Below, piece by piece: positions 45,466-62,345 of a DNA stretch of 64,000 nucleotides. Each line of letters starts with the position of its first letter. The stretch's first letter is position 1. Position numbers and translations under genes: made by a program. Source of the stretch: the human T2T-CHM13v2.0 reference genome, Homo sapiens; NCBI RefSeq assembly GCF_009914755.1, contig NC_060925.1; one strand, given 5' to 3'. The notes under the pieces were generated by a model. It did not search any database. It was not told the DNA's origin and saw only the letters and a list, made by a program, of their open reading frames with translations.

Positions 45466-48400
45466 TTGGGGAAATACTAAAAGCATTCCTGTTACAGTCA
45501 AAAACAAGAAAAGGACATCTGCTATCTCTTGTTTTGAAGATACCAGCAAATTCAATTAAACAAAAATGCCCAGCCACATCAATTAGGCAAGAGAAAGAAA
45601 TAAAGGACATCCATATTGGAAAGGAAGAAGTCAAGTTATCCTTGTTTGCAAACAACATGATCTTAAATTTAGAAAAGCCCAAAGACTCCACCAAAAACTC
45701 TTAGAACCGACAAATGAATTTAGTAAAATCATAGGACACAAAATCAGCATGCAAAAATCAGGAGTGTTTCTATATGCTAACAGCAATCAGCCTGAAAAAG
45801 AAATAAATCAATCTCATTTACAATAGCTACAAAAAATAAAATACCTAGGAATAAATGTAACTAAAGAACAAAGAAGTAAAATATCTCTACAAAGAAAACT
45901 ATAAGACACCAATGAAAGAAATTAAAGGTGACAAAAAAAAATGAAAGATATCCCATGCTCTGGAATGGAAGGATTAATATTGTTTGAATGTCTGTACTAC
46001 CCAGAGTGAGTTATAGACTCAATGTAATCCCTATCACAGTACCGGTGATATTTTTCACAGAAATAGAAAAAAAAAATCCTGAAATTCATATGAATAGCTA
46101 AATGATCCTGAGCAAAAAGAAAAAAGAAGGAGGCATCACACTACCTGATTTCAAATTATACTATAAAGCTATAGTAACCAAAACAGTATGGTACTGTAAA
46201 AACACACACACAGACCAATGGAACGGAATAGAGAACTCAAGAAGAAATCCATGTACTTCTAGCCAACTCATTTTCAACAACGGTAACAAGAACATCCAAT
46301 GGGAAAAAGGTAGTCTCTTTAATAAATGATACTGGGGCTGGGCATAGTGGCTCATACCTGTAATTTCAGCACTTTGGGAAGCCAAGGCAAGAGGATTGTT
46401 TGAGGCCTGGAGTTCAAGACCAGCCTGGGAAACATAGTGAGACCCCCATCTCTACAAAAAATTAAATATTAGCTGGGCATGGTGGTGTGTGCTTCTGGTC
46501 CCAGATACTTGGGAGGCTGAGGTGGAAGGATCACTTGAGCTTAGGAGTTTGAGGCTACAGTGAGCGGTGCGTGTCCCTCTGTACTTCAGCCTGGGCAACA
46601 GAGTGGGACCATTCTTAAAAAATAAAAATAAGTAAATAAATCGTGCTGGGAGAACTGGATATCCATGTGCAGAAGAATGAAACTAGATCCCCATCTTTTA
46701 CCATATAAAAAAATCACCTTAGCTGGGCACGGTGGCTCATACCTGTAATCCCAGCACTTTGAGAGGCTGAGGTGGGCAAATCACAAGGTCAGGAGTTCAA
46801 GACCAGCCTGGCCAACATGGGGAAATCCTGTCTCTACTAAAAATACAAAAATCAGCCTGGCGTGGTGGCGGGTGCCTGTAATCCCAGCTGTGCAGGAGGC
46901 TGAGGTTGCAGTGAGCCAAGATCGTGCCATTGCACTCCAGCCTGGGTGACAAGAGCAAGACTCCATCTCAAAACAAACAAACAAAAATAGCCACAATATA
47001 TAAGGAACTCAATAGCAAAAACCAAATAATCCAATTTTTAAAATGAGTGAAAGACCTGAATAAATATTTCTCAAAAGAAGGTACACAGATGGTCAACAGA
47101 TATTTGAAGAAAAATGCCCAACATCACTAATCATCAAGGAAATGCAAATCAAAACCACAATGAAATACTATCTCACCCCAATTAGGATGGCTATTGCCAA
47201 AAGACAAAAAATAACATATGCTGGTAGAATGCAGAGAAAGGGGAACTCACCTACACTGTGGGAATGTAAAGTAGTACCTCCATGATGAAAAACAGTATGG
47301 AGGTTCCTCAAAAAATTAAAAATAAAACTACCATATGATCCAGCAATTTCACTGTTGGGTATATATTTAAAAGAAAGAAAATTGTAACATCAAAGAGATA
47401 TCTGCAATCGGTGTTCCTATGTTTATTGCCTCACTATTCACAAATAGCCAAGGTATGGCATCATCTTAAGTGTCAATCAACGGATGAGTGGATAAAGAAA
47501 ATGTGGTTATGTACATAGTGGAATATTATTTAGCTATAAAAAAGAATGAAGTCATGTTATTTGCAGCAATGTGATTTGGAACTGGAGGTCATTATATTAA
47601 GTGAAATAAGCCAGGCACAGAAAGACAAATATCACATTGTTCTCTCACATGTGGGAGCTAATAAATTGGATCTCATGGAGGTAGAGAGTAGAATCATGGC
47701 TATGAGAGGCAGGGAGGGGAAGAGTAGAGGGCAGGATGAAGAGAAGCTGGTTAAGGAGTACAAAAATACAGTTAAAAGGAATAAGTTCTGGTGTTAGTAG
47801 TACAGTAGAGAAATTACAGTTAACAATAATGTAGTTCATATTTTAAAACAGCTAGAAGAGTAGAATTGTAATATTCCCAACACAAAGAAAAGATAAATTC
47901 TTAGGCTGGCCAGGCTTCAGTCACAACACGGTGGGGCTCCCTGGCTGCGCCCGGCCCGGCAGCTACGGGCCCAGCGCCTGTTGGCGGCGCTGAGGGGTCG
48001 CCGAGAGGGGCCCGGCGGCGTCTGCGGGGGCCGCTCCCTCCGTGGGCCGCGGGCGAGGCAGGAGCGCCGGCTCCCCCTGCCTCCGGAGCGCCGGCGGGGG
48101 ACGGCGGGGCAGGAGATGTGCCTGTCCTTAGCGGCCCAGGAAGCAGCATGCACCCCGATGCGACCGACAGTGGCGGCGCCGGCCTCAGCCCCGCGCGGGC
48201 CGCAGGCGCCGGCGGCCGTCCTGTCTCGGGCTTCAGGGGCGAGCGGCGGCCAGAGTCCCCGGGGGACGCCGAGGCAGCAGCGGCGGCGCCGGGGGCCCCG
48301 GGCGGCCGGAGCTGGTGGAAGCCCGTGGCGGTGGCCGCACTTGCCACCGTGGCCCTCTCCTTCCTGGGGCCCGGCAGCGGGGAGGCGGCGGGGGCCGCGG

Positions 48401-49830
48401 GGCTGAGCTCCGTCCTGCTCAGGCTCAGCCTGTACCTGAGCTGCGCTGCGGCCACCTTCCTGCTGGGGACCCTGTTCGCCCTCGTCTGCCGGAGCCCGCG
48501 CGCCCCGCCGCCCGACTTTGCCGCCGCCTGGAGCCGGCTGGCCGCGACCTCAGCCGCCCGCCGCCCTCCTGGGAGTCCTGTGTATGGAAACTCACATTAG
48601 TCAGCTCAGTTTAGAAGGGTAGTAATTTCTCATAATATGGATAAAGTTCTGAAAGAAGTGTTCGACTACAGTTACAGAGATTGCATTCTGTCCTGGTATG
48701 GAAACCTCAGCAGAGATGAGGGACAACTTTACCATGTGCTCTTGGAAGACTTTTGGGAAATTGCCAGACAGCTGCACCACAGACTGAGTCACGTGGATGT
48801 GGTTAAAGTTGTCTGCAATGATGTTGTGAGGACTTTACTCACTCATTTCTGTGACCTGAAAGGTGCTAATGCCAGACATGAACAGCCAAGACCTTTTGTG
48901 TTGCACGTATGCTTGAGGAACTCAGATGATGAAGTAAGATTTCTACAAACGTGTTCTCGGGTTCTGGTGTTTTGTCTCCTCCCCTCAAAGGATGTGCAGT
49001 CTCTCAGTTTACCTATAATGCTTGCAGAAATTCTCACAACAAAAGTCCTGAAGCCGGTAGTGGAGTTACTGAGTAATCCAGATTACATTAACCAAATGCT
49101 GCTTGCCCAGCTGGAGTACAGAGAGCAGATGAATGAACATCACAAGAGAGCCTACACCTATGGCCCCTCTTATGAGGACTTCATCAAGCTCATTAACAGC
49201 AACTCTGATGTGGAGTTCTTGAAGCAACTAAGGTCTGTTGAAGGAACGGTAGAGAAGAGTGGTAGAAGATGTGTGCTGGTCGTTTTCAACAACTGACTTT
49301 TGGGCAAGGTATCAAATTGTAGTGGAAATAATCCAAGCGACTACAATTAGCAGCTTTCCCCAACTGAAGAGGCACAAAGGTAAAGAAACTGCGGCAATGA
49401 GGGCCAGGAACATGAAGAGGTACATCAACCAACTGACTGTGGCAAAGAAGCAGTGTGAGAAGAGAATCCGAATCCTGGGAGGCCCTGCCTATGACCAGCA
49501 AGAGGTTGGGGCCGTGGATGAGGGGGAAGGGCCTCAAAGCCAGAAGGTAGAACTTTATAGTTTCTTGTTCTGACCCTACCAAGTTTATTATAAATGCTGA
49601 TAGAACTACATATAAAGACTTTCAACTTAAAAAAAAAAAGAAAAATTTTTGAGGTGATAGATATCCGCTTACCCTGACTTGATAATTATAGATCGTATAC
49701 ATGTATCAAAATATCACATTGTGCATCTACTGATTTGGCAAATAAGCTAATAAAGAAATTTAAAAAGAAACAAAATATCACATATAGTCCCAAAATATGT
49801 ATAACTATGAAATATCAATTAAAAATATTA
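45466..49830 (+). mobile_element. L1MA-type element (ORF2 to 3'UTR) with Alus at ~46336-46635 and ~46720-46985; host of the SNX25 retrocopy
   Basis: ORF2 peptide [22 protein letters not shown] (ORF 46102). The 3'UTR is split at cacaaagaaaagataaat | ttttgaggtgatagata. Confidence 0.8.
47903..49636 (+). pseudogene. SNX25P1: SNX25 processed pseudogene (TM-bearing N-terminus and PXA domain; no RGS/PX)
   Basis: Intronless. ORFs MHPDATDSGG... and MDKVLKEVFDYSYRDCILSWYGNLSRDEG... are in the same frame, separated by TAG at 48598-48600. Poly-A at 49629. TSD aaagataaattctt (47889-47902) / aaagaaaaattttt (49637-49650). Confidence 0.9.
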
Positions 49831-50022
49831 AAACTAAATTGAGATATACATTGAAAAGGAGGAATGAAGTTACTATAATTATTAGGATGTGTGTTCTTAC
49901 ACCTAGACAACTCCAGAGAATCAGTTGAAAGTGTATTTGTTTAAAAATTATGGGGGAAGGGTGGAACAAAAAGGCAGAACATAGAGGAATTTGAGGACAA
50001 TAAAACTATTTTATGTGATAAT

Positions 50023-50474
50023 TGTGATGGTTAATAGTGTCAACTTGACTGGATTAAAGGATGCAAAGTATTGATCTTGGCTGTGTCTGTGAGGGTATTG
50101 CCAAAGGAGGTTAACATTTGAGTCAGTGGGCTGTGAAAGATAGACCCACTCTTAATCTGGGTGGGCGCAATCTAATCAGCTGCCAGCAAGGCCAGAATGA
50201 AAAGCAGGCACAAGAATGTGAAAAGACTAGACTGACTTAGCCTCCCAGTCTACATCTTTCTCCCATGCTGAATGCTTCCTGCCCTCGAACATTGGAGTCC
50301 AACTTCTTCAGTTTTGGGACTCAGACTGGTTTCCTTGCTCCTCAGCTTGCAGATGGCCTATTGTGGGACCTTGTGATCATGTGAGTTAATACTCCTTAGT
50401 AATACAACATATACATATGTATATATAAAATAGTATATCCTATTAGTTCTGTCCCTCTAGAGAACCCTAATACA
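50023..50474. mobile_element. MLT2A-type (ERV-L) solo LTR
   Basis: TG...CA ends (tgtgatggttaat...gagaaccctaataca); perfect 5-bp TSD ataat at 50018-50022 and 50475-50479. Confidence 0.85.
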
Positions 50475-53400
50475 ATAATAGAATGGTAGATATATGTCAT
50501 TCATTATACACTTGTCAAAACCCATAAAATTTACCACTCCAAGAATGAACTGTAATGTAAATTGTGGACTTTGGGTGATGATCATCTGTTAATGCAGGGT
50601 CATCGATTATAACATATTCCATTCTCACGCTGGATGTTGATAGTGAGGGAGGCTGTGCATGTATGTGGGCAGGAAGTATATAGGAACTCTGCACTTTCTG
50701 CTGTGTGTATTTTGCTGTGAATCTAAAACTTCTCTAAAAAGTAAAGTTTATTTAAAAACTAATAGAATTCAGTTAGATTTCTGTGTGAAAATGTGAATTT
50801 GGAAATCAATAATCTTTACATATATTGATACCAGTTAGATTTTATGGAAAAAAATCCTATTTACAGTGGAAATTTTTAAAAGATACATAGGAATAAATTT
50901 GAGAAATATGCAAGTTATTATGAATAAAACATTTAAATACTATAATGATACGTGAAATAAATGAAAAGGCATACCATGTTCTTGGACAGGAATACTCTAT
51001 ATCATAAAGAGATCAACTATTTTTAGGTTAAATTTTAATGGCATTTAAATCCACCTTAAAATAAACCACAACATTTTTAGAGTAGAACTGGACAAGATTA
51101 TTCTAAAGTTCTAGTTAAAAAAAAAAGCAAGAATAGATTGTTCTAATAAGGGGGAGAACTAGCCATACCAGATATTGAAAAATATGAAAAATACAAAGTT
51201 AAAATATTGAGGTATTGACACATGGCTACATGGACAGATCAGTGAAATAGCTCAGGGGAAAAAAGCAATACATACAAAATTTGGCATATAAAGTCACCTC
51301 AAATCAGTAGGGAAAAGTTGACATATTTAAAAAATAATGTTGAGACAACCAGCTATCTGCAGAAAAATTAAAGCTGAATTCATGCCTCAGCTTTATATTA
51401 GGATAGATTCCAGATGGATCAAAGATTTACATGCAAAGAAATGAAACCATAAAAGAATTGAAGAAACCATTGGAAAGTTTTGAAATCTTAATCAGAGATG
51501 ATTAAGAAATATATATAGAAAGGCTTTCTATATATGTCACAAAGTCCCCAAACCCTGAGATAAACATTGATAGATTGAATACATATGTATCCGAAGCCCA
51601 AAGACTCAGCAGTCATACTGCTAGGTATATACTCCAGAGAAACTCATGCATTTTTATATCAGTGTACCTGTACAAGAATGTTCCTGGCAGTGTTGTTCAT
51701 AATTGTCAAAAAATAGAAGAAACCCAAATATCTATTAACAATAGAAAAGACAGATAAATTATAGTGTAGGTGTGTAGTAAAGAATTTCATCTTGCCCTAA
51801 GAGAAGTCTAGCCCTTGCCCTTGACTTCTGGGAATTAATCTGTAAGCCCGATGGTCTCTAAACCCAATGTCATGCTTGATAGGAGTACACTTTGAGCACC
51901 CTCTAATTTGAAAATCTGAAATACTTCAAAATCCAAAATTTTTGAACACCAGTATGACACCACAAGTGGAATATTTCACACCTGAGATTGGTTGCAGTCA
52001 AAACACAGGGATATAACACAGTTTATTCAGCAAACCCAAGGAAATAAAGACTCCCCCTCCAGCCTACTTTAGCTGCAGTATATCTTTTTTCCAGATTCCC
52101 CCATGCAAGCATGTCCACAAAAGACAATAAAATGACATGTGTGCAGGCCACACACACCAAATGGCAGGTTCCCCACAGTGCCCCACATGGGGCCAAGACC
52201 TACGTGCATGACTCACTCTGGTTTTGTTTTGTTTTGCTTATTCTCTGTGGTGTAAAGATACTGTTACAAATGCCAAAAAGGCCTGCAGATACCCTTATGG
52301 GTAATAGTAATAAGAAAAATGAAGCATTTGTGTTTATATATAACAGAGAAAGTCAAGCGGCTGGAGAAACTGGACAGTGGTGTAAATGTGAAATGTCTTA
52401 CAAAAGAATAGGGTGTTGGGATCATTATATATATGACCTGAAGAAACAGAAACATGAACTGTTGAAGTTCTATGTTGAAAGGATAAAGAGAAGTCAGTGA
52501 GAAAAAAGAAAAAAAAAAAAAAACTGCATAAAGCTGAAAATGGAAGTCTCAATTGTCTATTGAAAGAGTGGATCTGCCAGCATTGCAGTTAGTGGTTTGC
52601 TGGTCATGAAACAAAGATGTATAATAATGAACTGAAAATTGAAGGGAACTGTGAATGTTCAACAGGTAATTGCAGAAATGTTCAAGAAGACATGGCATTA
52701 AACTTTTAAAGATTTGTGGTGATAAAACATCTCCATGAAGCAGTGGAGAAATTTATTGGTGAGTTTGCCAAAATCATTGCTGATGAAATCTGATGCCAGA
52801 GCAAGTCTGTAATGTAGATGAAATATCACTGTTTTGGCACTATTGCCCTGGAAAGACAGTGACTACAGCTGATGACACAGCCCCTATAGAATTAAGGATG
52901 TCAAAGACAGGATAACTGCTGATATGGGCTAATGCAGTAAGCACACATTAAGTGTAAACTTGCTGTGATAGGCAAAAGCTGTGTCGTTGCTGCTTTCAGT
53001 AGGTGAATTTCTTTTATGTCCATCGTTATGCTAACAAAATAGCTTGAATCACCAGGAACATCTTTTCTGATAGGTTTCACAAAAATTGTATACTAGTGGC
53101 TCAGGCTGATAGCACAGAAGCTGCACTGGGTGATGACTACAAGATTTTTAAAAATTCCTTGACAACTGTTCTGCTTATACTCTAGCTGAAGTTCTCATAA
53201 AAAATAATGTTTATGTCATGTACTTTCCCCTGAATGTGACTATTAATTCAGCCATGTGACAAGTGTGTCCTTAGATCAATGAAGAGTAAATATAAAAACG
53301 TTTTCTTGAATTGCATGCAACAGCAGTGAACAGGGGCATGGCCGTGGAAGGATTTTCAGGAGTTTAGGATGAGGTTTACCATCTATGCTGTTGCCAGCAC

Positions 53401-53750
53401 TTGGAGCACAGTGATTAAAGACAAATTTGTGCATGCTTGGCACAACCTCTGGCCTGCGACTGTGTTCAGTGATGATGAACAAGATGGTGACTTTGAAGAG
53501 TTCCATATGTCAAATGAGAAAAAATGATGTCTGGCCTGCTTATATATGAAAGAAAATACTCCTTCAGAGTCCTGAAAGCTAGAAAATGGGTACTGAAGTT
53601 TTTAACATTGATAATGAGACTCCAGTTGTTCATTCATTGACCAGGGATGAAATAGCTGAAATGGTTCTGAGTCAAGGTGATCATGAAAATGGTGACAATG
53701 AAGATGAATATTGTTAACACTGTAGAAAAAGTACCTAAAGACAACATGAT

Positions 53751-54488
53751 TGTCTAGGCCTGTTTGTGTTGCTATAAAGGAGTGCCTGAGGCTGGTTAAT
53801 TTATAAAGAAAAGAAGTTTACTTTGGCCTGGCGCAGTGGCTCACACCTGTAATCCCAGTACTTCAGGAGGCTGAGGCAGAAGGATTGCTTGAGCCCAGGA
53901 GTTTGAGAATGGCTTGGGCAATGTAGCAAGAACCGCGTCTCTACAAAAATTTTAATAATTAGCCAGGCCTGGTGGCACATGCCTATAGTCTCAGCTACTC
54001 AGGAGGCTGAAGCAGGAGGATCTCTTGTGGTCAGAAGTTCAAGGCTGTAGTGAGCTATGATTGTGCCACTGCACTCAGCCTGGGCAACAGAGTGAGACCC
54101 TGTCTCTAAAAAAAAAAGAAAAGAGGTTTATTTGGTTTATGGTTCTGCAGGCTGCACAAGAATGGTGCCAGTATCTGCTTCTGGCAAGAGACTGAGGCTG
54201 CTTCCACTCATGGCAGAAGGTGAAGGGGCGCCTGCAACTGCAGATCTCATGGTGAGAGAGAAGGCAAGAGAGAGAGGAAGAGGTACCAGGCTCTTTCAAC
54301 AACCAGTTCTAGGTGAACTGTTGTGGGAACTAATAGAGTTAGAACTCACTCATTACTGAGAGAATGGCACCAAGACATTCATGAAGGATCTGCCCCCATG
54401 ATCCAAACACCCCATTAGGCCCCACTTCCAACATTGGGGATCAGATTTCAACATGAGGTTTGGAGAGTCAAATATCCAAACGATAGCA
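53751..54488. mobile_element. MST-type MaLR solo LTR nested in the Tigger, itself containing an AluJ (~53824-54120)
   Basis: tgtctaggcc...gctataaagga...caaatatccaaacgatagca; TSD atgat/atggt. Confidence 0.8.
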
Positions 54489-54873
54489 ATGGTGAAAATG
54501 TGTGCTGGGCTTATTGAAGGAATAGAACAGTGTACATTTATAAAAGAACAAGAAATCATCACAGTTTATAATGTCTAAGAGAGAGTTCTAAATCAAAAGC
54601 ATTGTTAATGAGGCAGATGACTCTGGAGGAAACATTTTAAAAAGCCATCCAGCAGAAAGCCTTCTTATCCTTAGAAGACCCACTTCTTGGTCTCTCACCT
54701 GCTTCTGATAACTTAGAAAAATGGTGTATAGTAACCTTTTAATCAAAACACAGCATGATAGGTGGGGACTGAAAGCCTGCCATTGTTTGTTGTTGCTGTT
54801 GTTTCACAGCTGATACAGGTATTCTGGTGGTGCTACTGTGCTGCTTAGTTACCCTGAATGCATTATTTTTTCA

Positions 54874-56062
<1,189 letters not shown>

Positions 56063-57004
56063 TTGAATTTTGTTTTTAGAACTTGGGTCCTATCCTTAAG
56101 ATATCTCATTCTGTATATGTGAATATTCCAAAATCACAAAATATTTAAGATTAGAAATACTTCTGGTCCCAGGAATTTTGGATAAAGAATACTCAACTTG
56201 TATCTTTGTTTGCCTGGAGGCCTTGGGTGATGTGATTTACGATAGGGCTGGCCACACCAGATAGTCTAAAAATGTGATTTAGGATGGGGAAAAAATCAAT
56301 TTTAAAAGGTCTTACAACCCAGTAGACAAATGTGCAGAAGATATGACCAGACAGCTCACAAAAGGAAGATATAAATGCCTCTTAAATTTATTTAAAGATG
56401 CCCAAACTTACTCGTGGTAACAAAAATGAAGATTTTAATTAAACATGTCATTTTTCACCTATCTAATTAGTTAAAAGATTCAAAAGTTTGTTATCACATC
56501 ATGTGATAACATGGGGAACAAGGTTCGGGGAAGTGTAGGTACTTTCTGCTGATGGGAAAGAACATTGATTCAGCGTCAGTGGAGGGCAGTATGACAATAT
56601 CTATTAAAATTAGGAATATATATAATCCAGAGTCCTCAATTACACTTCTAGTAATTTATTCACACACCTTTAAAACCACCTTTACAGGTTATTTGTAGCA
56701 ATATTGTATGTAAAAGATTGGAAACAACATAAATGTCCATCTGCAGTAGGCTGATTAAATTCTGGAATCTCTATACAGTGGAATATATTGCAATCAAAAA
56801 ATACTAAGTAATCCTTTGCTTACTGATTAGGAATGGCCTTCAAGTTATAGCCACACAGGATGGTGTGTAAAAATATGTTACCATTTATGGAAGTAGTGGT
56901 GTTGAAGGGAAGAACATATATATTTAGTTGCCTATAAATGCATACAAGTATCTTTGGAAAGATATGCAAAAAAATTGTAAGATTTCTTGTTATCTTTGGG
57001 AAAT

Positions 57005-57670
57005 ATTATGGTCTAAATGTGTTTCTCCAAAATTCATATGCTGAAATTCTAATCCCCCAATGATATATTAGATGGTGGGGACTTTGGGAGGTAATTAGAT
57101 TTAGATGAGATCATGAGATTAGATACCCCATGATGGGATTAGTGCTCTTATAACAAGAAGAAGAGGCCAGGCGTGGTGGCTCACCCTTGTAATTCCAGCA
57201 CTTTGGCAGGCTGAGGCAGGCAGATCACTTGAGGTCAGGAGTTCGAGACCAGCCTGGCCAACATAGTAAAACCCCGACCCTACTAAAAATACAAAAATTG
57301 ACGGAGCGTGGTAGTGCACACCTGTAATCCCAGCTACTTGGGAGGCTGAGGCAGGAAAATTGATTGAACCCAGGAGATGGAGGTTGCGGTGAGCCGAGAT
57401 TGTACTACTGCACTCCAGCTTGGGTGAAAGAGTGAGACTCCGTCTCAAGAAAAAAAAAAATTAAGAAGACGACGAGATATTAGAGCTTCCTCTCTCAACT
57501 CTGTGGGAATACCATGATAAGAGGTAGTCTGGAGACCAGGAAGTGGGCCCTAACCAGACATTGAATCTGATGACAACCTAATCTTGGGCTTCCAAATTTC
57601 TAGAACTGTGAGAAATGTCTGTTGTTTAAGCCACCCACCTGTGGCATTTTGTTATAACAACCGTAAGTGT
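57005..57670. mobile_element. MLT1-type LTR with a nested Alu (+) at 57165-57460
   Basis: tatggtctaaatgtgtttctccaaaattcatatg...agaactgtgagaaat...gttgtttaagccaccc. Confidence 0.7.
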
Positions 57671-57821
57671 CTTAAGGGAAAATTTAGATGGCTGGTTGAC
57701 AGGTGGAAAGGAGATGTTTTGCTATTTAAATTTTGGGCCATGAATATAATCACTACTAAAAAATAAGGTCTGTGTCTTTTTTTATTGAAGCAATCATTAA
57801 TATGTTTTCTTTTGTTTTAAG

Positions 57822-57833
57822 GACAAAATATGA
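57822..57833 (+). CDS. LINC00467: LINC00467 microprotein exon D coding part: DKI-stop (exon = 57822-57894); total 94 aa
   Basis: Long T tract and ttttaag| acceptor at 57821, donor CAAG|gtatca at 57894. The spliced ORF is exactly 94 aa, the length I recall for the LINC00467-encoded peptide. Confidence 0.75.
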   Translation, partial: DKI

Positions 57834-57953
57834 AACACCAAGAAAAAGAGAAGGAAAAAAAGGAGGAAACAACCACATATGTCACCTTTCCAAGGTATCA
57901 TGTGTTTCATGTTTAAGAAATTTATTTTGCAGTACTTTTGGTAGTCGGTTTAC

Positions 57954-59512
<1,559 letters not shown>

Positions 59513-60720
59513 TTACTTTAACTTGCTTAATATGGTATCTGAACTTGAACACTTCATGTCTGTATTTGTGACTATGCTTCTTATTTTATATTTATTCACG
59601 CTTTTTTTTCTATGGACTCCAAGAAGGCAGAAGCTAATAGAAAATAAATACTTCCCTAAGGGTACAATTCCATGGGTGCCCAGAGCAATTATTAATCTGT
59701 TTCAGATTGGTAGATCATGTAGTCCTCCCCAAAGGAGATGGCGGTATTTGAATCAAATCTTAAAGGATGAGTAAATTTTACTAGGCAGAAAAAAGGGTAA
59801 AGAGCATTCCAGGCTGAGGGAAAAGCATTAGCAAAGGTAAAGAGGAACAAAAGTTCATTTTGGATCAGGATATTTGCAGTTGAAACTGGAACATAAGATG
59901 AGAAGTGGCATGTAGTAAGAAATTAGACCAAAGTAGTAGTTTGGAACTAGTTTGGATTTTACTCTGTAGGCATTGGGAACATTTGAACATCTTAAAACAG
60001 AAATGACATTTTCTAACCTTTGTTCTAGGAATATAATTCAATATCAGAATGATTTGGAAGGAAAAAACCTACAGGAAGCTATTGTAGCCTAGTGAGGAAG
60101 ATAAATATTAATACAGCCAATTTATAGATCAGACTAAAGACAATGATTGGGGCATTGAAAAGAACAGATAGAAGAAATATTGCAAAGGTAAAATCTGTAT
60201 GACCTAGTAACTGGATATAGAAAGTCTGGAAGACATAGTTTTATAGAAATGCATTGTTTTAATGGGATAAATCTTATTAAAGGATCATCCTAAATGGTTT
60301 TTTAATACTGTGCACAAAGTTCCCAAATTTAAAGCATACAAATTTTGGAAATTAAAAGTTTTGCAAAATGGATGATTCCTTTAAAATAAGTATAATAAAG
60401 ATTGATGGACTTCAGGCAGACTTGGCAGGATACAAGTTTTCATACTCAGTAGAGGACTCTTGTAAGTCATAGGTACCCTATAGTGTTATAATATCAACCC
60501 ACCTTGGTGTGATTGGTGTCCTTATTTGCCACATAATCAACTAGTCAAATTGTAGAAGAGGAATAATCTGGTTAATAAATAATTAAACCTTATCAGATTC
60601 TAAAATTAATATTTGACAGATAAAGGATTTAAATATACTTAACTTTATAAATACCATCAGATATTTTTCCTAGGAAAAAGGTAATATGGTTGTTGCTGAT
60701 GGTATTTATAAAGTTAAGTA

Positions 60721-60956
60721 TAGTTAACCCTTCAACAACATGGTTTGAACTTCAGGAGTCCACTTACATGTAAATTTATTTCAACCAAATGTGGATTGAC
60801 AATACAGTATTTGTGGGATGCAAAACCTGCATATACTGAGGGCCAACTTTTTGTCAGCTGGTTCCACAAGGCTAACTGTGAGACTTGAGTATGTGTGAAT
60901 TTTGGTATATGTGGAGGTCCTGGAACCAAACTTCCATGTCGACTGAGGCACAACCG
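60721..60956. mobile_element. MER8-like (Tigger2 family) MITE
   Basis: tagttaacccttcaacaac...cctggaaccaa...gaggcacaaccg, flanked by TA on both sides. Confidence 0.7.
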
Positions 60957-61323
60957 TATCTCAAAATAAACATTGCATTGTGTTTTTACAGTTCTTCTAT
61001 ACTCTATAAATTATAAACATTTCATTTGTGTTTAGTACACACTTGAACTAAAATTTCTAAGTAATTCCTACATTGCAAATGTTTGTTTTGTAGTAAATTG
61101 GAGGTAAATAGAGTCATTTGCTTGGAAAATTTTCTTGGAGGCCACAAATCCAGTGTCTAATGCAAGCAATGTCTAATGCAAGCATTCTGTCATAAACTGT
61201 TTCATTAGGATGGGGCACTCTACTATATAATTGATAGGCTGGGATTTGCCACCCAACTGACCAACTATTACAAGGATTTGGATAATTATAAATTACTTTT
61301 ATTCCTTTAAAATCTCCAGCACA

Positions 61324-62345
<1,022 letters not shown>

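Noticed and set aside
47901-48614. Overlapping GC-rich ORFs (47901-48455 -, 47917-48153 -, 47981-48406 +, 48315-48614 +)
   Set aside because: Stop codons are rare in very GC-rich DNA. These are shadows of the SNX25 5' region with no independent support.
52111-53560. Tigger transposase as a domesticated TIGD/JRK-like gene
   Set aside because: Multiple stops and frameshifts; only short peptide remnants survive.
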